The notes beneath the pieces were generated by a model that did no database searches, was not told the DNA's origin, and worked only from the letters and a program-made list of their open reading frames with translations. From a virus (lineage: Duplodnaviria; Caudoviricetes), in IMG/VR virus record IMGVR_UViG_3300013382_000001, positions 34,185 through 98,184 of that record: a stretch of 64,000 nt of DNA; one strand, given 5' to 3'. Below are positions 1 through 10,631 of the stretch, piece after piece (positions within the stretch are counted from its first letter, which is position 1; every line of letters begins with the position of its first letter). A program made the position numbers and the translations under genes.

Positions 1-484
1 TGCCGACGAAGAATTAAATGCAGGAGATGCGGCTAATTTTATTATTAGCCAAATGAAAGCATTTAATCTTGAGGCTCAAGATGCCGAACATATTATCGAC
101 AGTTTAAATAATGTGTCAAATAATACAGCTGTTAGTTCAGCCGACTTAGCAACTAACATTGGAAAAGCATCTGCTGCATTGGCAGTAGGTGGAAACACAT
201 ATGAAGATGTTCTTAGTTTAATGACGGCAGGCGTTGAGATTACCCGTTCTGGCGCAAAAGTTTCAAGAGCATTGGTATCAGTACAATCTCGTTACAATCA
301 AACTATAGACGAAACATCTTCAACAGGTCAAAAACTTATTGAATGGTATAATAAACATAATATCGCAATTAAAGACCAAGAAGGACAACAAAGAAAGCTT
401 TATGACACATTAAGTGATGTATCAAAGATATGGAATGACCTTAGTAAAGATGAACAACTTTACTATCTTAATATCCAAGCGGGT
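1..484 (+). CDS. Tail tape measure protein, exon 1 (5' end outside window)
   Basis: TP901-like tape measure sequence (AFNLEAQDAEHIIDSLNNVSNNTAVSSADLA...GVEITRSGAKVSRAL). The frame is open from the window edge and ends ...NIQAG at U484, the predicted 5' splice site. Confidence 0.88.
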
Positions 485-830
485 GAATTGCGCCCCTTCA
501 AGGTGAATTGCTGGAAGCCTTAAAGTTTTATTTACTACAACATAAGCATGAAATAAAGCTAAGTGTGAATGTTATAAAAAACAATAAAAATATATAGGTA
601 ATCAGCAGCCAAGCTCCGAACAGGAGAAGGTTCAGAGACTATTCCAATGGCGAGGTAAATGCTCGCAATAGAAGTACGACCACAAAGCTAGTGGTGGGTG
701 AGATTCCCTTAAATGGAAGTGCCTTGACACGAAAGTGAAGATATAGTCCGAACTTATAGGAAACTATAAGGAAGAAAGTTTTATAAATAAAACTTTCTTT
801 GGCTAATGTAGCGAATTAGCTTAACAATTG
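485..830 (+). ncRNA. Group I self-splicing intron (no ORF) in tape measure gene
   Basis: Core elements in order: P aattgctggaa, Q aatcagcagcc, R tcagagactat, S aagatatagtcc (P7 gactat/atagtc). The exon ends in U, pairing with gccc in P1. The intron ends in G830. ttgc can pair with exon-2 gcaa (P10). Splicing gives in-frame NIQAG|ANQTQNLSAIL. Confidence 0.9.
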
Positions 831-3800
831 GCAAATCAAACACAAAATTTGAGTGCCATTCTTCAAAATTTTGACCAAGTTTTAAATGCACATGATTTAG
901 CATTGAATGCATCGGGTTCGGCTGTGACAGAAAATGCTCGTGCAATGGAGAATCTTAACAAAAAGATTGATAACTTAAAAGCGTCTTGGTCTGAAATAGT
1001 TCTTGCATTTGTAAATTCTGAGGCAATTGGCAACATTCTTGATAAAGTTAGTTCTGCACTTCGTGATATTGCAAATAATGAAGCAGCAATTAACACAATT
1101 GTAACTCTTGTTAAAACTTTACTTCTTTTAGCAGGTTCTAAAGCTATAGTAGACTTTTTTAGTGGAGTAAAAGCATCAGTAGTACAGTTGCTTCCTAAGA
1201 TTACAGAATTTATCACAAAATTGACCGCAGTGAAGGCTGTTTTGATAGGTGCTGAAACAGCAACAGGTACATTAGGTACAGCATTTTTGGGTTTAGTTAC
1301 ACCTCTTGGGGTAGTTATAGGTTTACTTTCTGTTCTTGCTATAGGTATTGCTGCTTATAACAAGGTTCAAAAAGCACCATCAGAACGCCTTGAAAAAGAT
1401 AAAAAGACCCTTGAAGATACTAAGGAAAAATATACTGAAATCAAGAAAGAATACGACGAACTTCTTAGCCGTCAAAAGACTCTAAACTCTCAAGGTAAAG
1501 ACCTTAATGACGCAGAAAAAAAGCGTTTGGAATTACTCGAACAACAAACAAAGGAACTCGAAGAACAAGAAAAGCAACAGATGGCAAATGTTGCCGCAAG
1601 TACCGTTGGCACATTACAATATACCCAAACAGGAACTAAGACTGTTAGAAAAGGGCAAGAATTTGCTGTTGTTGATACAGAAGAAGTTTATAAAGGTCAA
1701 AAGGCATTTGATGCAATGGCTAATGCGATTGCCGAAGCCACGGAGCAATACGAAAAAGGCGAAATTACACTTAATGATTATAATGGTCGGACAGGCGAAT
1801 TAAAAGAACAACTTGATACAGTTTATGATTCGTATTTGGAAGTTATTCGTTCGGGTGGCGAGCTTAATGAACAAGACCAACTTAACTATGTCACACTTGT
1901 TAATTTAAAGGCGGCATGGGTTGATGCCGAAGGTGCATCAAGCGCTTATGCTCAAGCATTAGCTAAAGTTTCGCCCAATACAAATGAAGCAATACAATTA
2001 ACTGACTTATATAGTGATTCTTTGGTGCGTGTAGGGAATCAATATTATTTCGTTACACAAGCCGCAAAAGATGCTGCAATAAAGCAGCTCTCAACAGAAA
2101 TTTCTTTAACAAAGAATGTGCTCGAACAAGTACAAACAAGGATTGCAGCTCGTGCATTAGAATATGATTCGATTGTGCAATTTAATAAAGAGGCTTTAAA
2201 ACACGCTTCTCCAACTAGTGCGGGGCAATTTTACGAGAGCAATCAAGGGCAAGCAGTTCAAAAATATTATAAATTAAAACGAAACCTTGAAAAGCTGAAA
2301 AATATTAAAGTTAAAAGTAACAGTATAGATGACACAAAGTCTCCGAACAAAGATACGACAAAAGGCAGGGGTAGCTCATCGGGTGGCGGTAGTTCCTCAT
2401 CTGACACTTCTCAAAAATCCCGTGAACTTCTTGAAAAATATAAAAAAGAATTAGAGGAATATCAAGAAGCACAAGAAGATGCTTATAAAAAAGGTGAAAT
2501 CTCAGCTTCTAAATATTATTCTAATATTCAAAAGAAGGGTAAAGCCCTTTGGCAAGATCTAAAAAAGCGTGGCAAAGATTATGCAGATTCGGCTCAATCT
2601 ATGTTTGACGCTTATGTGAGTGCTAATTCTAATTCAGTTAAAGAGATTTTCTCCGAGCTAGATTATCGTTACAAAGAAGGCGATCTTACAGGTAGACAAT
2701 ACTACAATAATCTTTGGAAATATGCTAATAAGTTCTACAAGAATGGAAAGCTTTCTTTTGATGAATATAGAGATTATGTATCTAAGGGCTATGACGCTTT
2801 ATTTGACCAACTTGAAGATAATTATAATGATGGTACAATTAGTGCTGAAAAATATCAAGAACAAGTAAAAAAGGCTCAATCTGACGCAAGTGAAGCAATT
2901 CGTAACGCAACTAAAAAGGGTTTAATTGATAAATCTGTAGCCAGTGAAGTTTACAATCTTTTAGTTAAGCGTGGGGCAGAAGCGGCAAATAGTGTTGCTA
3001 AGGCACTTCATGATTCTATGGTTAAGGCTGCAAAAGAGGCTGTTGCGGAAGCTGAAGCTGAACTTGAAAAGGCTCAAAAGAGACAAACTCAAGCCGAAAC
3101 CTATATTAGTGCTTTGCAATTTTGGTCTGACGAAGAGCAAGAACGAATTGACAAGGTTATTGATGGTTACAATGACGAGATTGATAAACTTCAAGAACAA
3201 CTTGATTTACTTGATGAACAAAATGATGCATTAGACAAGCAAGCAGAGCGGGTAGAACTTGTGAATGCTTTAGAAAATGCGAAAAAGAAAAAAGTTCGTA
3301 TATATGATGCAAAATATGGCTGGGCATGGGGTGAAGATAAAAAGGCTGTATCTGAGGCTCAAACCGCTCTTGATGAGTTCGATAAAGAGCAAGCACGACA
3401 AAAAGAAAAAGACGCTATCAATGCCGAAATTAAAGCTCTTGAGGAACTGATTAAGAAAAAAGAAGCTGAAAAGCAAGCATATCAAGATGTAATTGATGAA
3501 CAAACAAAAGCCCTTAATCGTTATAATATAGAAGCTCAACTTGGTGTCACTATTGAAGAAGCCATATTCCAAGATAGAATTGAAAATTTTGATAATTGGA
3601 AAAATTCGTATATTAGTGGCATACATGAAGTTATTTCTGCTATTGAGGCTGTTAATGACGCTCAAAGTAGAGTTGATTTTTCGCAGTCTGAACTTGATAG
3701 AATTGAAGCTGAAGAAGCCCCAGAGATTAAAACAGGTAAAACTTCAACCACTGGTGCAGGATATCAATATACTGACGATATGTCGAAGCAAGAAAAGCGT

Positions 3801-4268
3801 AACGCTGCTGTTCGTGCTAATATTGAAATGCGTAAAGCACAAGGGTATGAAGTTACTGAATGGTATGATTCAAATGGTGATTTGCACTATAAAGCTTCAA
3901 GTACGAAAACTTCCAAGAGTAATGTTAAATCTGGTGATGCAACCAATCTAAAGAAGAACAAACGTGCCTCTGGCGATGTTTCAATTCCTAAATCTGGAGT
4001 TTATAATGTAAACGAACTTGGAGACGAGCTTATCGTACCACCAAAAGGTAATTTCGATTATCTTAAAAAGGGTACTGGGGTAGTTCCTGCTAACTTAACA
4101 AGAAATCTCATGGATTGGGGTAAGTTTAATCCTAAAAATTTACTTGGTAAACAAATGTCAAGCGTTACGAACGACCATTCGATTACAATTCAAAATCTTA
4201 CAGTGCAATCGGATAACGCAAAAGATTTCGTAAGACAATTACAAAATCTTGCAATTGTTAAACAATAA
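831..4268 (+). CDS. Tail tape measure protein, exon 2
   Basis: Long alpha-helical/coiled-coil ORF with hydrophobic segments, in frame with exon 1 after splicing. The ORF-track TTG start at 828 is the intron end. Confidence 0.88.
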   Translation, partial: ANQTQNLSAILQNFDQVLNAHDLALNASGSAVTENARAMENLNKKIDNLKASWSEIVLAFVNSEAIGNILDKVSSALRDIANNEAAINTIVTLVKTLLLLAGSKAIVDFFSGVKASVVQLLPKITEFITKLTAVKAVLIGAETATGTLGTAFLGLVTPLGVVIGLLSVLAIGIAAYNKVQKAPSERLEKDKKTLEDTKEKYTEIKKEYDELLSRQKTLNSQGKDLNDAEKKRLELLEQQTKELEEQEKQQMANVAASTVGTLQYTQTGTKTVRKGQEFAVVDTEEVYKGQKAFDAMANAIAEATEQYEKGEITLNDYNGRTGELKEQLDTVYDSYLEVIRSGGELNEQDQLNYVTLVNLKAAWVDAEGASSAYAQALAKVSPNTNEAIQLTDLYSDSLVRVGNQYYFVTQAAKDAAIKQLSTEISLTKNVLEQVQTRIAARALEYDSIVQFNKEALKHASPTSAGQFYESNQGQAVQKYYKLKRNLEKLKNIKVKSNSIDDTKSPNKDTTKGRGSSSGGGSSSSDTSQKSRELLEKYKKELEEYQEAQEDAYKKGEISASKYYSNIQKKGKALWQDLKKRGKDYADSAQSMFDAYVSANSNSVKEIFSELDYRYKEGDLTGRQYYNNLWKYANKFYKNGKLSFDEYRDYVSKGYDALFDQLEDNYNDGTISAEKYQEQVKKAQSDASEAIRNATKKGLIDKSVASEVYNLLVKRGAEAANSVAKALHDSMVKAAKEAVAEAEAELEKAQKRQTQAETYISALQFWSDEEQERIDKVIDGYNDEIDKLQEQLDLLDEQNDALDKQAERVELVNALENAKKKKVRIYDAKYGWAWGEDKKAVSEAQTALDEFDKEQARQKEKDAINAEIKALEELIKKKEAEKQAYQDVIDEQTKALNRYNIEAQLGVTIEEAIFQDRIENFDNWKNSYISGIHEVISAIEAVNDAQSRVDFSQSELDRIEAEEAPEIKTGKTSTTGAGYQYTDDMSKQEKRNAAVRANIEMRKAQGYEVTEWYDSNGDLHYKASSTKTSKSNVKSGDATNLKKNKRASGDVSIPKSGVYNVNELGDELIVPPKGNFDYLKKGTGVVPANLTRNLMDWGKFNPKNLLGKQMSSVTNDHSITIQNLTVQSDNAKDFVRQLQNLAIVKQ

Positions 4269-4299
4269 TTATACCCCCTTATTGGGGGTATAAATTTTT
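4269..4299 (+). terminator. Hairpin / putative intrinsic terminator after tape measure gene
   Basis: Perfect stem ttataccccc-ttatt-gggggtataa followed by attttt. Confidence 0.55.
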
Positions 4300-4319
4300 A
4301 TAGAAAGGGGAAATTAGAT

Positions 4320-6221
4320 ATGCTTTTTCAACCTTCATATCCACAGCCCTATTTTTCCGATGTAGATGGCACAAAAGAATCTACATTTTCATGTTACATA
4401 AACGCAGATAGTAATACTCAAGTATCTGCTTATCAATTAAAAATTAATAATTTGGGTGGCGATGAGGTTTATAGTTCGGGGCGTATTATTTTGCCGACAT
4501 CCCTATATGGCAATCAGCAATTAAACATTAATTTGCCAATAGACCAATTGTCTAATGGGGAAGATTATACTTGGAGTGTAGATTTATATGAAGACGATGC
4601 CGATATATGGATAACAAGTGGAATTATGACATCATTTCCTGTTACGGGCACATCGTCAACTATGGATTTAAGAATTAACTCACTTATTGAAGTTGGAATG
4701 GTCGTTGCCAATAACAATCAAAGAGCAATTATTACGGGTATCGATACAACTAGCAATGACTATATGAAAGTCACGATTAGTCCAACTATTGTGCTTAATT
4801 CTTCAAATCCGTCATATACAATTTATGACAATAAGATTCAATCAAATGATTATTATTTTCGAGCAAGAACGACTCCAACTTTAACTTTAGAAGCAGTTCC
4901 ACATCAAATTGCTTCAAAAGCGTATACTTTTAAGGCTAATTATTCTCAGCTTGAAAATGTGGGATATAAATATTTCGAGTGGACAATTTATGATTCGGTC
5001 GGAAACGCCCTAAATCAAAGTGGGCAAATCAATGTGGGTGAAATTATTTACACATTCGATGGTTTTTTAAATAATACAACTTATGGTATTGGTTTAACAG
5101 TAGAAAATCAAGATGGTACGGTAATGACATTGCAGCCGATATATTTTGATGTATTATATGATTTACCATCTCTTGAAAATACACCGAAAGCAGAGGTTGT
5201 TTGCAATAAAGATGCAATTATGTTAACATGGAATCCGTTGCTTATTAACAACGGGGTGGCAACAAATACAAATGGTGATATATCACCATGGTATGACTTT
5301 GTAAATAATGAACCATACACAGGAGGCTCAAGTGTTAATATTCATCAAAATAGTTCTGTTTCGTGGGCAATAGGTTCTGAAAGTTCACCCGTTCTTATTC
5401 CTTATGAATCCACAACTTATTTTTATTGGCACACAGCGGACATCAATTTTCGAGGGCTTGTATATGAACAAAAGGGCGAATATGTAAATTTATTAGCTAT
5501 GAATACAATTGCCCCTACTAGTGCAAGCAAAGGGGATAAATATTATAATCTCAAGGATATGCTGATATATACGGCTGTTGATACTAATATTTGGGGTATT
5601 ACAGGTGAAAATCCGAAAAGTGAATTAATTTATTACTTATCTTCTAACAAGACAAAATATGTGTGGAATGGTGTCGATATGATAAATACCGATTATTCTG
5701 AACCCACTTATACAATAAGATACAATGCAGGTATTTTTACTTATACAATCCATAATGGAGATGTTAATAAGACAGGACAAATTAAAGTTGCAGATGTTGG
5801 CGAACAATGGTTGTTACAACCAAGAGACACACTTAAGACCGCAATGTATATATGGGACAGCAACAAAAAATGGGATGACACACTTTATTGGACGGAAACG
5901 ACACAATCAACTTTAACCGATAATTGGTTCAAAATAACTTTATTGCCGACAGAGATACAAATCAAAACTCTTGTCTCTAATACAATTACTTTTTATATCC
6001 GTGATAAATCGAGTCCATTTTACGCAGATAGGGGAATGACTTGGGATACATGGGTTGAGAGTACATATAGTCAAGCCTATCTGGGAGATATAGAGTTTTC
6101 TGTTGATAAGATTAAAAATAAAGTTATAGCTACAACTCCAGCCGACGTTTGGTATATACAATATAATGACAATGATGTTACTCCATCTGATATCATTATT
6201 GATAAGGCTTTTTATAGTTAG
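4320..6221 (+). CDS. Tail/baseplate structural protein (beta-rich) with C-terminal 'GMTWxxWxxSxY' module
   Basis: Directly follows the tape measure gene; beta-strand-rich composition. The last ~80 aa resemble the ORF at 53611-53880. Confidence 0.6.
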   Translation: MLFQPSYPQPYFSDVDGTKESTFSCYINADSNTQVSAYQLKINNLGGDEVYSSGRIILPTSLYGNQQLNINLPIDQLSNGEDYTWSVDLYEDDADIWITSGIMTSFPVTGTSSTMDLRINSLIEVGMVVANNNQRAIITGIDTTSNDYMKVTISPTIVLNSSNPSYTIYDNKIQSNDYYFRARTTPTLTLEAVPHQIASKAYTFKANYSQLENVGYKYFEWTIYDSVGNALNQSGQINVGEIIYTFDGFLNNTTYGIGLTVENQDGTVMTLQPIYFDVLYDLPSLENTPKAEVVCNKDAIMLTWNPLLINNGVATNTNGDISPWYDFVNNEPYTGGSSVNIHQNSSVSWAIGSESSPVLIPYESTTYFYWHTADINFRGLVYEQKGEYVNLLAMNTIAPTSASKGDKYYNLKDMLIYTAVDTNIWGITGENPKSELIYYLSSNKTKYVWNGVDMINTDYSEPTYTIRYNAGIFTYTIHNGDVNKTGQIKVADVGEQWLLQPRDTLKTAMYIWDSNKKWDDTLYWTETTQSTLTDNWFKITLLPTEIQIKTLVSNTITFYIRDKSSPFYADRGMTWDTWVESTYSQAYLGDIEFSVDKIKNKVIATTPADVWYIQYNDNDVTPSDIIIDKAFYS

Positions 6222-6238
6222 AACTAAGGAGGTATTTT

Positions 6239-7093
6239 ATGACATTTTCATATAATAAAGCAACTTTATATGGACAGAGTTATGTTGATTACCTCTGGAT
6301 TAAAAATAAAGTTGACACACAAACAGAAATAGATTCTACATTATCGTATACTTATAAACCCGCATGGGATAATGATACTTTGTTATTGGCAAATTTTGAC
6401 AATACGTTAGGTGGAGGAAATATTCCATCTTTGACTGATAATATTCTTTATTGGCAAATCTACCGTAAACAACCGGAAGATACAACCTTAACTTTTGTGT
6501 GTAAAGTACCTGCATCACAATATCGATTAATAGATTTTAATGTTTTAAATAATGCTGAATATCAATATACTATCTTTGCTGAAACCGAAACGACTATTTC
6601 TGCGCCATTTGAGCAAGTAGGTTATATTACAACAAATTGGTGGAATTGGTCGCTCGTGGGTTTGCAAGAAAGCGAGACAACAGGTTTATATTATGCCGAC
6701 AATGATAATATTTGGTTGTTTGATACCGAATTAGCTAGCTCGGGTTTAGATCAAAATATTGCAAAATATGTTATGGATAATTTTACGCGTTATCCATCAA
6801 TCTCAAGTGGTGTAAAAAATTATATGACAGGTTCGCTAACAGCATTTCTTAGTAATGTAGATGTAAAAGTTGGTAAATATGAAGATACGGTTGCTCAATA
6901 CAATGCCTTTGTTACATTTATTGCGCAGCCTACCCTAAAATTATTACGGGATAGAAAAGGTAATGGATGGATTGTTTCGACAACTGATGCTAATGCACAA
7001 TACATTGATGAATCACCACAACAAATTACGAGAGTGTCTTTTGGTTTTACACAATTAAATGATATAGATAGTATTAATATAATAGGAGGATAA
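6239..7093 (+). CDS. Tail/baseplate protein (distal-tail-like)
   Basis: Position in tail module, AAGGAGG RBS, FN3-like segment (WQIYRK...DFNV.NNAEYQYTI). Confidence 0.55.
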   Translation: MTFSYNKATLYGQSYVDYLWIKNKVDTQTEIDSTLSYTYKPAWDNDTLLLANFDNTLGGGNIPSLTDNILYWQIYRKQPEDTTLTFVCKVPASQYRLIDFNVLNNAEYQYTIFAETETTISAPFEQVGYITTNWWNWSLVGLQESETTGLYYADNDNIWLFDTELASSGLDQNIAKYVMDNFTRYPSISSGVKNYMTGSLTAFLSNVDVKVGKYEDTVAQYNAFVTFIAQPTLKLLRDRKGNGWIVSTTDANAQYIDESPQQITRVSFGFTQLNDIDSINIIGG

Positions 7094-7095
7094 GA

Positions 7096-8292
7096 ATGGC
7101 TGATATTAGCTTTAATCAAATTAATCCCCAAAGATATATTACACTTGTAAAAGACCAAGCGATACGTCCACGTTTTCGCTTAAATTTACTATATCAAGAT
7201 GAAAGTATTAGAGAAGATATTACTCCTTATATTATTGATGGGTCGGGTAGCTTGCAAATTCAATATGCGCAAGGCAAACGCAGAAGTTTAAATTTTACCT
7301 TAAATAACGAAACAGGGCAATTTACTCCTGTGGATATGAATAGCAAAATATGGGTTAATACAAAATTTAAGCTTGAACTTGGTATGGAATTTGCAAATGG
7401 TGATATTGTATGGAATAACGCAGGAATTTTTGTTGTTGGTAATCCAAGCGCAATAAGACAAGGTGGACAAACAACAATGGATATACAATGTTATGATAAA
7501 TTTGCTTTGCTTGATGGAACACTCGGGGGCACTCTTGAAGCGACCTATGAAATTGATGCAGATGAAAAAATTTATAATATTGTAGTTGATACATTGACTC
7601 AAGATAATGGCAATGGTTATCCGATTGATTTAAAACCTGTTTTGTTTGATAATTCACTTATTGACGAAAAAACAGTTTACGCCTTATCTAAAGCTGCGAA
7701 TGAATCGCTTGGGGCAATTTTGATTGAACTTGCAGATATGATTGCTTGTGATATTTACTATAACGAAGAAGGAAATCTTGTAATTGATTCGGGAATCAAG
7801 GATATTGCTCAAGTGAATAAACCTACACTTTGGACTTTTTCCGACGAAGAGTTTTCTTATATTTCTAATACCGTGACGTATGACTTTACGAAACTCCGCA
7901 ATAGGGTAACGGTTGTAGGGTCAAATGTGAATGGTGATAATATATATGTAGCAACATCTGAGAATACCAACCCTCGTTCGTCAAGTAGAATTGAGGTTGT
8001 GGGGATTAGAAATTATTATTTAGAAGATGCAAATATATATTCAGACTACTTGGCTCAATCAAGGGCTGATTATGAGCTTAACAAACTTTCAATATTGCAA
8101 CAAACAATACAAATATCAAGTACTTTTATGATACATTTAGATGTAAATAATTGTATTGCTCTTGAGGACAATTTCTTTAATTATTACGACTCAAGATTTA
8201 TTATTCAATCAATTTCAATTCCTTTATCAACAAGGTCACAAATTTCGATTGAATGTACGAATATTGCAAGTTTACCATATTATCCAAGCTAA
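7096..8292 (+). CDS. Baseplate hub / Tal-like protein
   Basis: Pattern typical of hub proteins (RRSLNFTL, CYDKFALLDG, DIYYNEEGNL, RNRVTVVG); position in tail module. Confidence 0.6.
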   Translation: MADISFNQINPQRYITLVKDQAIRPRFRLNLLYQDESIREDITPYIIDGSGSLQIQYAQGKRRSLNFTLNNETGQFTPVDMNSKIWVNTKFKLELGMEFANGDIVWNNAGIFVVGNPSAIRQGGQTTMDIQCYDKFALLDGTLGGTLEATYEIDADEKIYNIVVDTLTQDNGNGYPIDLKPVLFDNSLIDEKTVYALSKAANESLGAILIELADMIACDIYYNEEGNLVIDSGIKDIAQVNKPTLWTFSDEEFSYISNTVTYDFTKLRNRVTVVGSNVNGDNIYVATSENTNPRSSSRIEVVGIRNYYLEDANIYSDYLAQSRADYELNKLSILQQTIQISSTFMIHLDVNNCIALEDNFFNYYDSRFIIQSISIPLSTRSQISIECTNIASLPYYPS

Positions 8293-8303
8293 AGGAGGAT
8301 AAC

Positions 8304-8585
8304 ATGAATAATGAAGAAATGCAAACACTCATAGATATTATGAAGCAAGTTGCAAGAACAGAATGTAAAAAAATTCTAAAAGAAAATAATATAGAAACAA
8401 TTATGTATGGAAAAGTTATCGCCTCCACAAGTAAAGGATATACAATTCAAATTGCAGGAGGCGATAAGCCATACACTGGTCTTAAAAATAAAAGCAATAG
8501 TTCTATTTCTATTGGAGATTCCGTTATTGTAAAAGCAATTAATGGAAACGCAGGAAATGGTTATATTGCAGTCAAAATGGGATAG
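8304..8585 (+). CDS. Small baseplate protein (possible OB-fold spike-like)
   Basis: AAGGAGG RBS before ATG 8304; GKVI...GDSVIV pattern following the hub gene. Confidence 0.5.
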   Translation: MNNEEMQTLIDIMKQVARTECKKILKENNIETIMYGKVIASTSKGYTIQIAGGDKPYTGLKNKSNSSISIGDSVIVKAINGNAGNGYIAVKMG

Positions 8586-8599
8586 AAAGGAGGATTTAT

Positions 8600-8953
8600 A
8601 TGGCATGGACAAATATTGCTAATGGCGATAATACAGGCGATATACTTAATAAGATTAATGGTATTGGGGCATACTTAGCAAGTGCAACAGAGATAATAGA
8701 AAATTATCAAATTCCAACTTCTGCGTGGGTTAATGATTCAACTTATACAGATTTTCCATATAAAGCCGATATCCCATTTAGTGCTTGTACTCCTAATCAT
8801 ATCCCATATGTTCATTTTGGAATTGACCAAGAGATAAGTGGAAGTTATATTGGTGCTACAAGCGGAGATGGAAAGGTGAGTATATGGAGTGATAAGAAAG
8901 AATCTTTTATAATTCCATATATATTACTTTTTGAAGGGAGTGATAATATATGA
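8600..8953 (+). CDS. Tail fibre adaptor-like protein, copy 1
   Basis: IPTSAWVNDS...FPYKADI...IPYI domain shared with 8950-9309 and the C-terminus of 15112-16350. Confidence 0.55.
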   Translation: MAWTNIANGDNTGDILNKINGIGAYLASATEIIENYQIPTSAWVNDSTYTDFPYKADIPFSACTPNHIPYVHFGIDQEISGSYIGATSGDGKVSIWSDKKESFIIPYILLFEGSDNI

Positions 8954-9309
8954 GTTTAGATTGGAAAAATATTGCAGATGGTGACATTGCAAGTTCGGTT
9001 AGAACGAAATTAAATAACTTAGGGCAATATGCAAGTGATTTAATCTCAATTATTGAAAATACAACTATTCCAACTTCAACATGGGTTAGTGATACTACAC
9101 ATTCACCTTTAGCTTTTAAGGCAACGATTCGTATAAGTGACATAAGTAATACCGATATTGCAGTTATTCTTTTTTCACAAGTTGACCAATCAACCTACAA
9201 TTATGCAGGAGGCGAAACAGGGAATGGAATTCTTACGATTTACGCGCTTACAAAACCAACTGAAACAATTACAATTCCGCAAATCCTAGTATTTAAGGGG
9301 GTGTCATAA
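8950..9309 (+). CDS. Tail fibre adaptor-like protein, copy 2 (tandem paralogue)
   Basis: WKNIADGD / IPTSTWVSD / KPTETITIPQI aligns end to end with the preceding ORF. Confidence 0.55.
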   Translation: MSLDWKNIADGDIASSVRTKLNNLGQYASDLISIIENTTIPTSTWVSDTTHSPLAFKATIRISDISNTDIAVILFSQVDQSTYNYAGGETGNGILTIYALTKPTETITIPQILVFKGVS

Positions 9310-10631
9310 TGGCGAATGGTTGGACAAATGCAAATAATTTTAAACCATGGACGCAATATGAATTTACTCCAGGAACAGAGGATATTATAATTCCGAAAGG
9401 TAGTTATTTAAGTCAGACTATTAAAGTACATGGTGATTCAAATTATGCATCGTGTAATATTGTACAAGGTGAAAGTGTGGGCGATATTCCATATGGATCT
9501 GCAAATACACCTGTGCGCAATTTTCCATGTGGAGAATTTTATTCTAAAAACTCTTCTTTCCCATGTGGATGTATTGATATACAATATAATCAGTCGTTTC
9601 TTTCAACAAAAGAGGCTACCTTTAACAACCATGTCATAAAATGCGATGAAACGGGGGTTTATTGGATATTTATCGTCAACAGCAAAACAACAATCAATGA
9701 TAAAAATGCATATAGAAGTGAAGATTCTGGAGCTACTTGGACTCCTATTCGGACACAGCTGGATGATCTTACTAAGAGTGCATTAGATTATGTAATAATT
9801 AATAATATAAATTATTGGCTTGTCTCTGGTGTTGATTGGATAGATGAAGATCCAACCGATACTGTATGCTCGTATTCAACTGATTACGGCAACACATGGG
9901 AAGTAGGTCGCTATGATAAAAATGTAAAAGCATCATATTTTATAATAGGATGTCCCGGAAAAACAGATGAATTTCCATTTATGGGCATTATTAAGACTGT
10001 CGATAATCAAATCGATATTATACAATCCAGAGATTGCGAACAATGGACAAAAGTACAAACATTAACTGTTTCTGATACAACACAGCCATTAGACATGATA
10101 TGGGATAAAAACCAAAAATGTTATTATATTTTAATGGCAGGCAACTTATATAAGAATGGTCAACTTATGAATATATCAATACCCGAATCCGATTTGGTAA
10201 CACAAATAGTTTTGGGAAGAGAAACCGATCATTTGTATGCAGTAATACCCAATGGTTTATATGATATAAATACTACAACAAATGCAATTTCTGTGTCAAA
10301 AACTTTACAAGAGTATTTGAGTAATATTGCTACACTCGGTATAAATCATACAGAATGGATAACTAGAGTGGAATATTTTAATTCGGTATTCTTTTTAATA
10401 GGAAGTTCTGAAACGCCTTACATACTAGAATATTGGGTAGAAGGTAGTTCGATAGGGCTTGTGTCAACATCGTTTGCATCTAATTGCTGTTGGATGCACG
10501 CGTCCAGCAACAAAATATATACTTCATATCGGGTATTGGTGCAGTCAATTTATGAAAGCGGTCGTTATCACTATCCGAGCAAATTTCCTATGTTAACACA
10601 GTGCGACATTACCATAAAAGGAGAGATATAA
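9309..10631 (+). CDS. Putative receptor-binding tail-tip protein with Asp-box (BNR) beta-propeller
   Basis: Asp boxes RSEDSGATW, YSTDYGNTW, QSRDCEQW; N-terminal TPGT...G.Y...GD.N fibre motif. Confidence 0.6.
   Translation: MANGWTNANNFKPWTQYEFTPGTEDIIIPKGSYLSQTIKVHGDSNYASCNIVQGESVGDIPYGSANTPVRNFPCGEFYSKNSSFPCGCIDIQYNQSFLSTKEATFNNHVIKCDETGVYWIFIVNSKTTINDKNAYRSEDSGATWTPIRTQLDDLTKSALDYVIINNINYWLVSGVDWIDEDPTDTVCSYSTDYGNTWEVGRYDKNVKASYFIIGCPGKTDEFPFMGIIKTVDNQIDIIQSRDCEQWTKVQTLTVSDTTQPLDMIWDKNQKCYYILMAGNLYKNGQLMNISIPESDLVTQIVLGRETDHLYAVIPNGLYDINTTTNAISVSKTLQEYLSNIATLGINHTEWITRVEYFNSVFFLIGSSETPYILEYWVEGSSIGLVSTSFASNCCWMHASSNKIYTSYRVLVQSIYESGRYHYPSKFPMLTQCDITIKGEI

Noticed and set aside
828-830. TTG start of an independent 1146-aa protein
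   Set aside because: No RBS; the G is the predicted terminal intron nucleotide.
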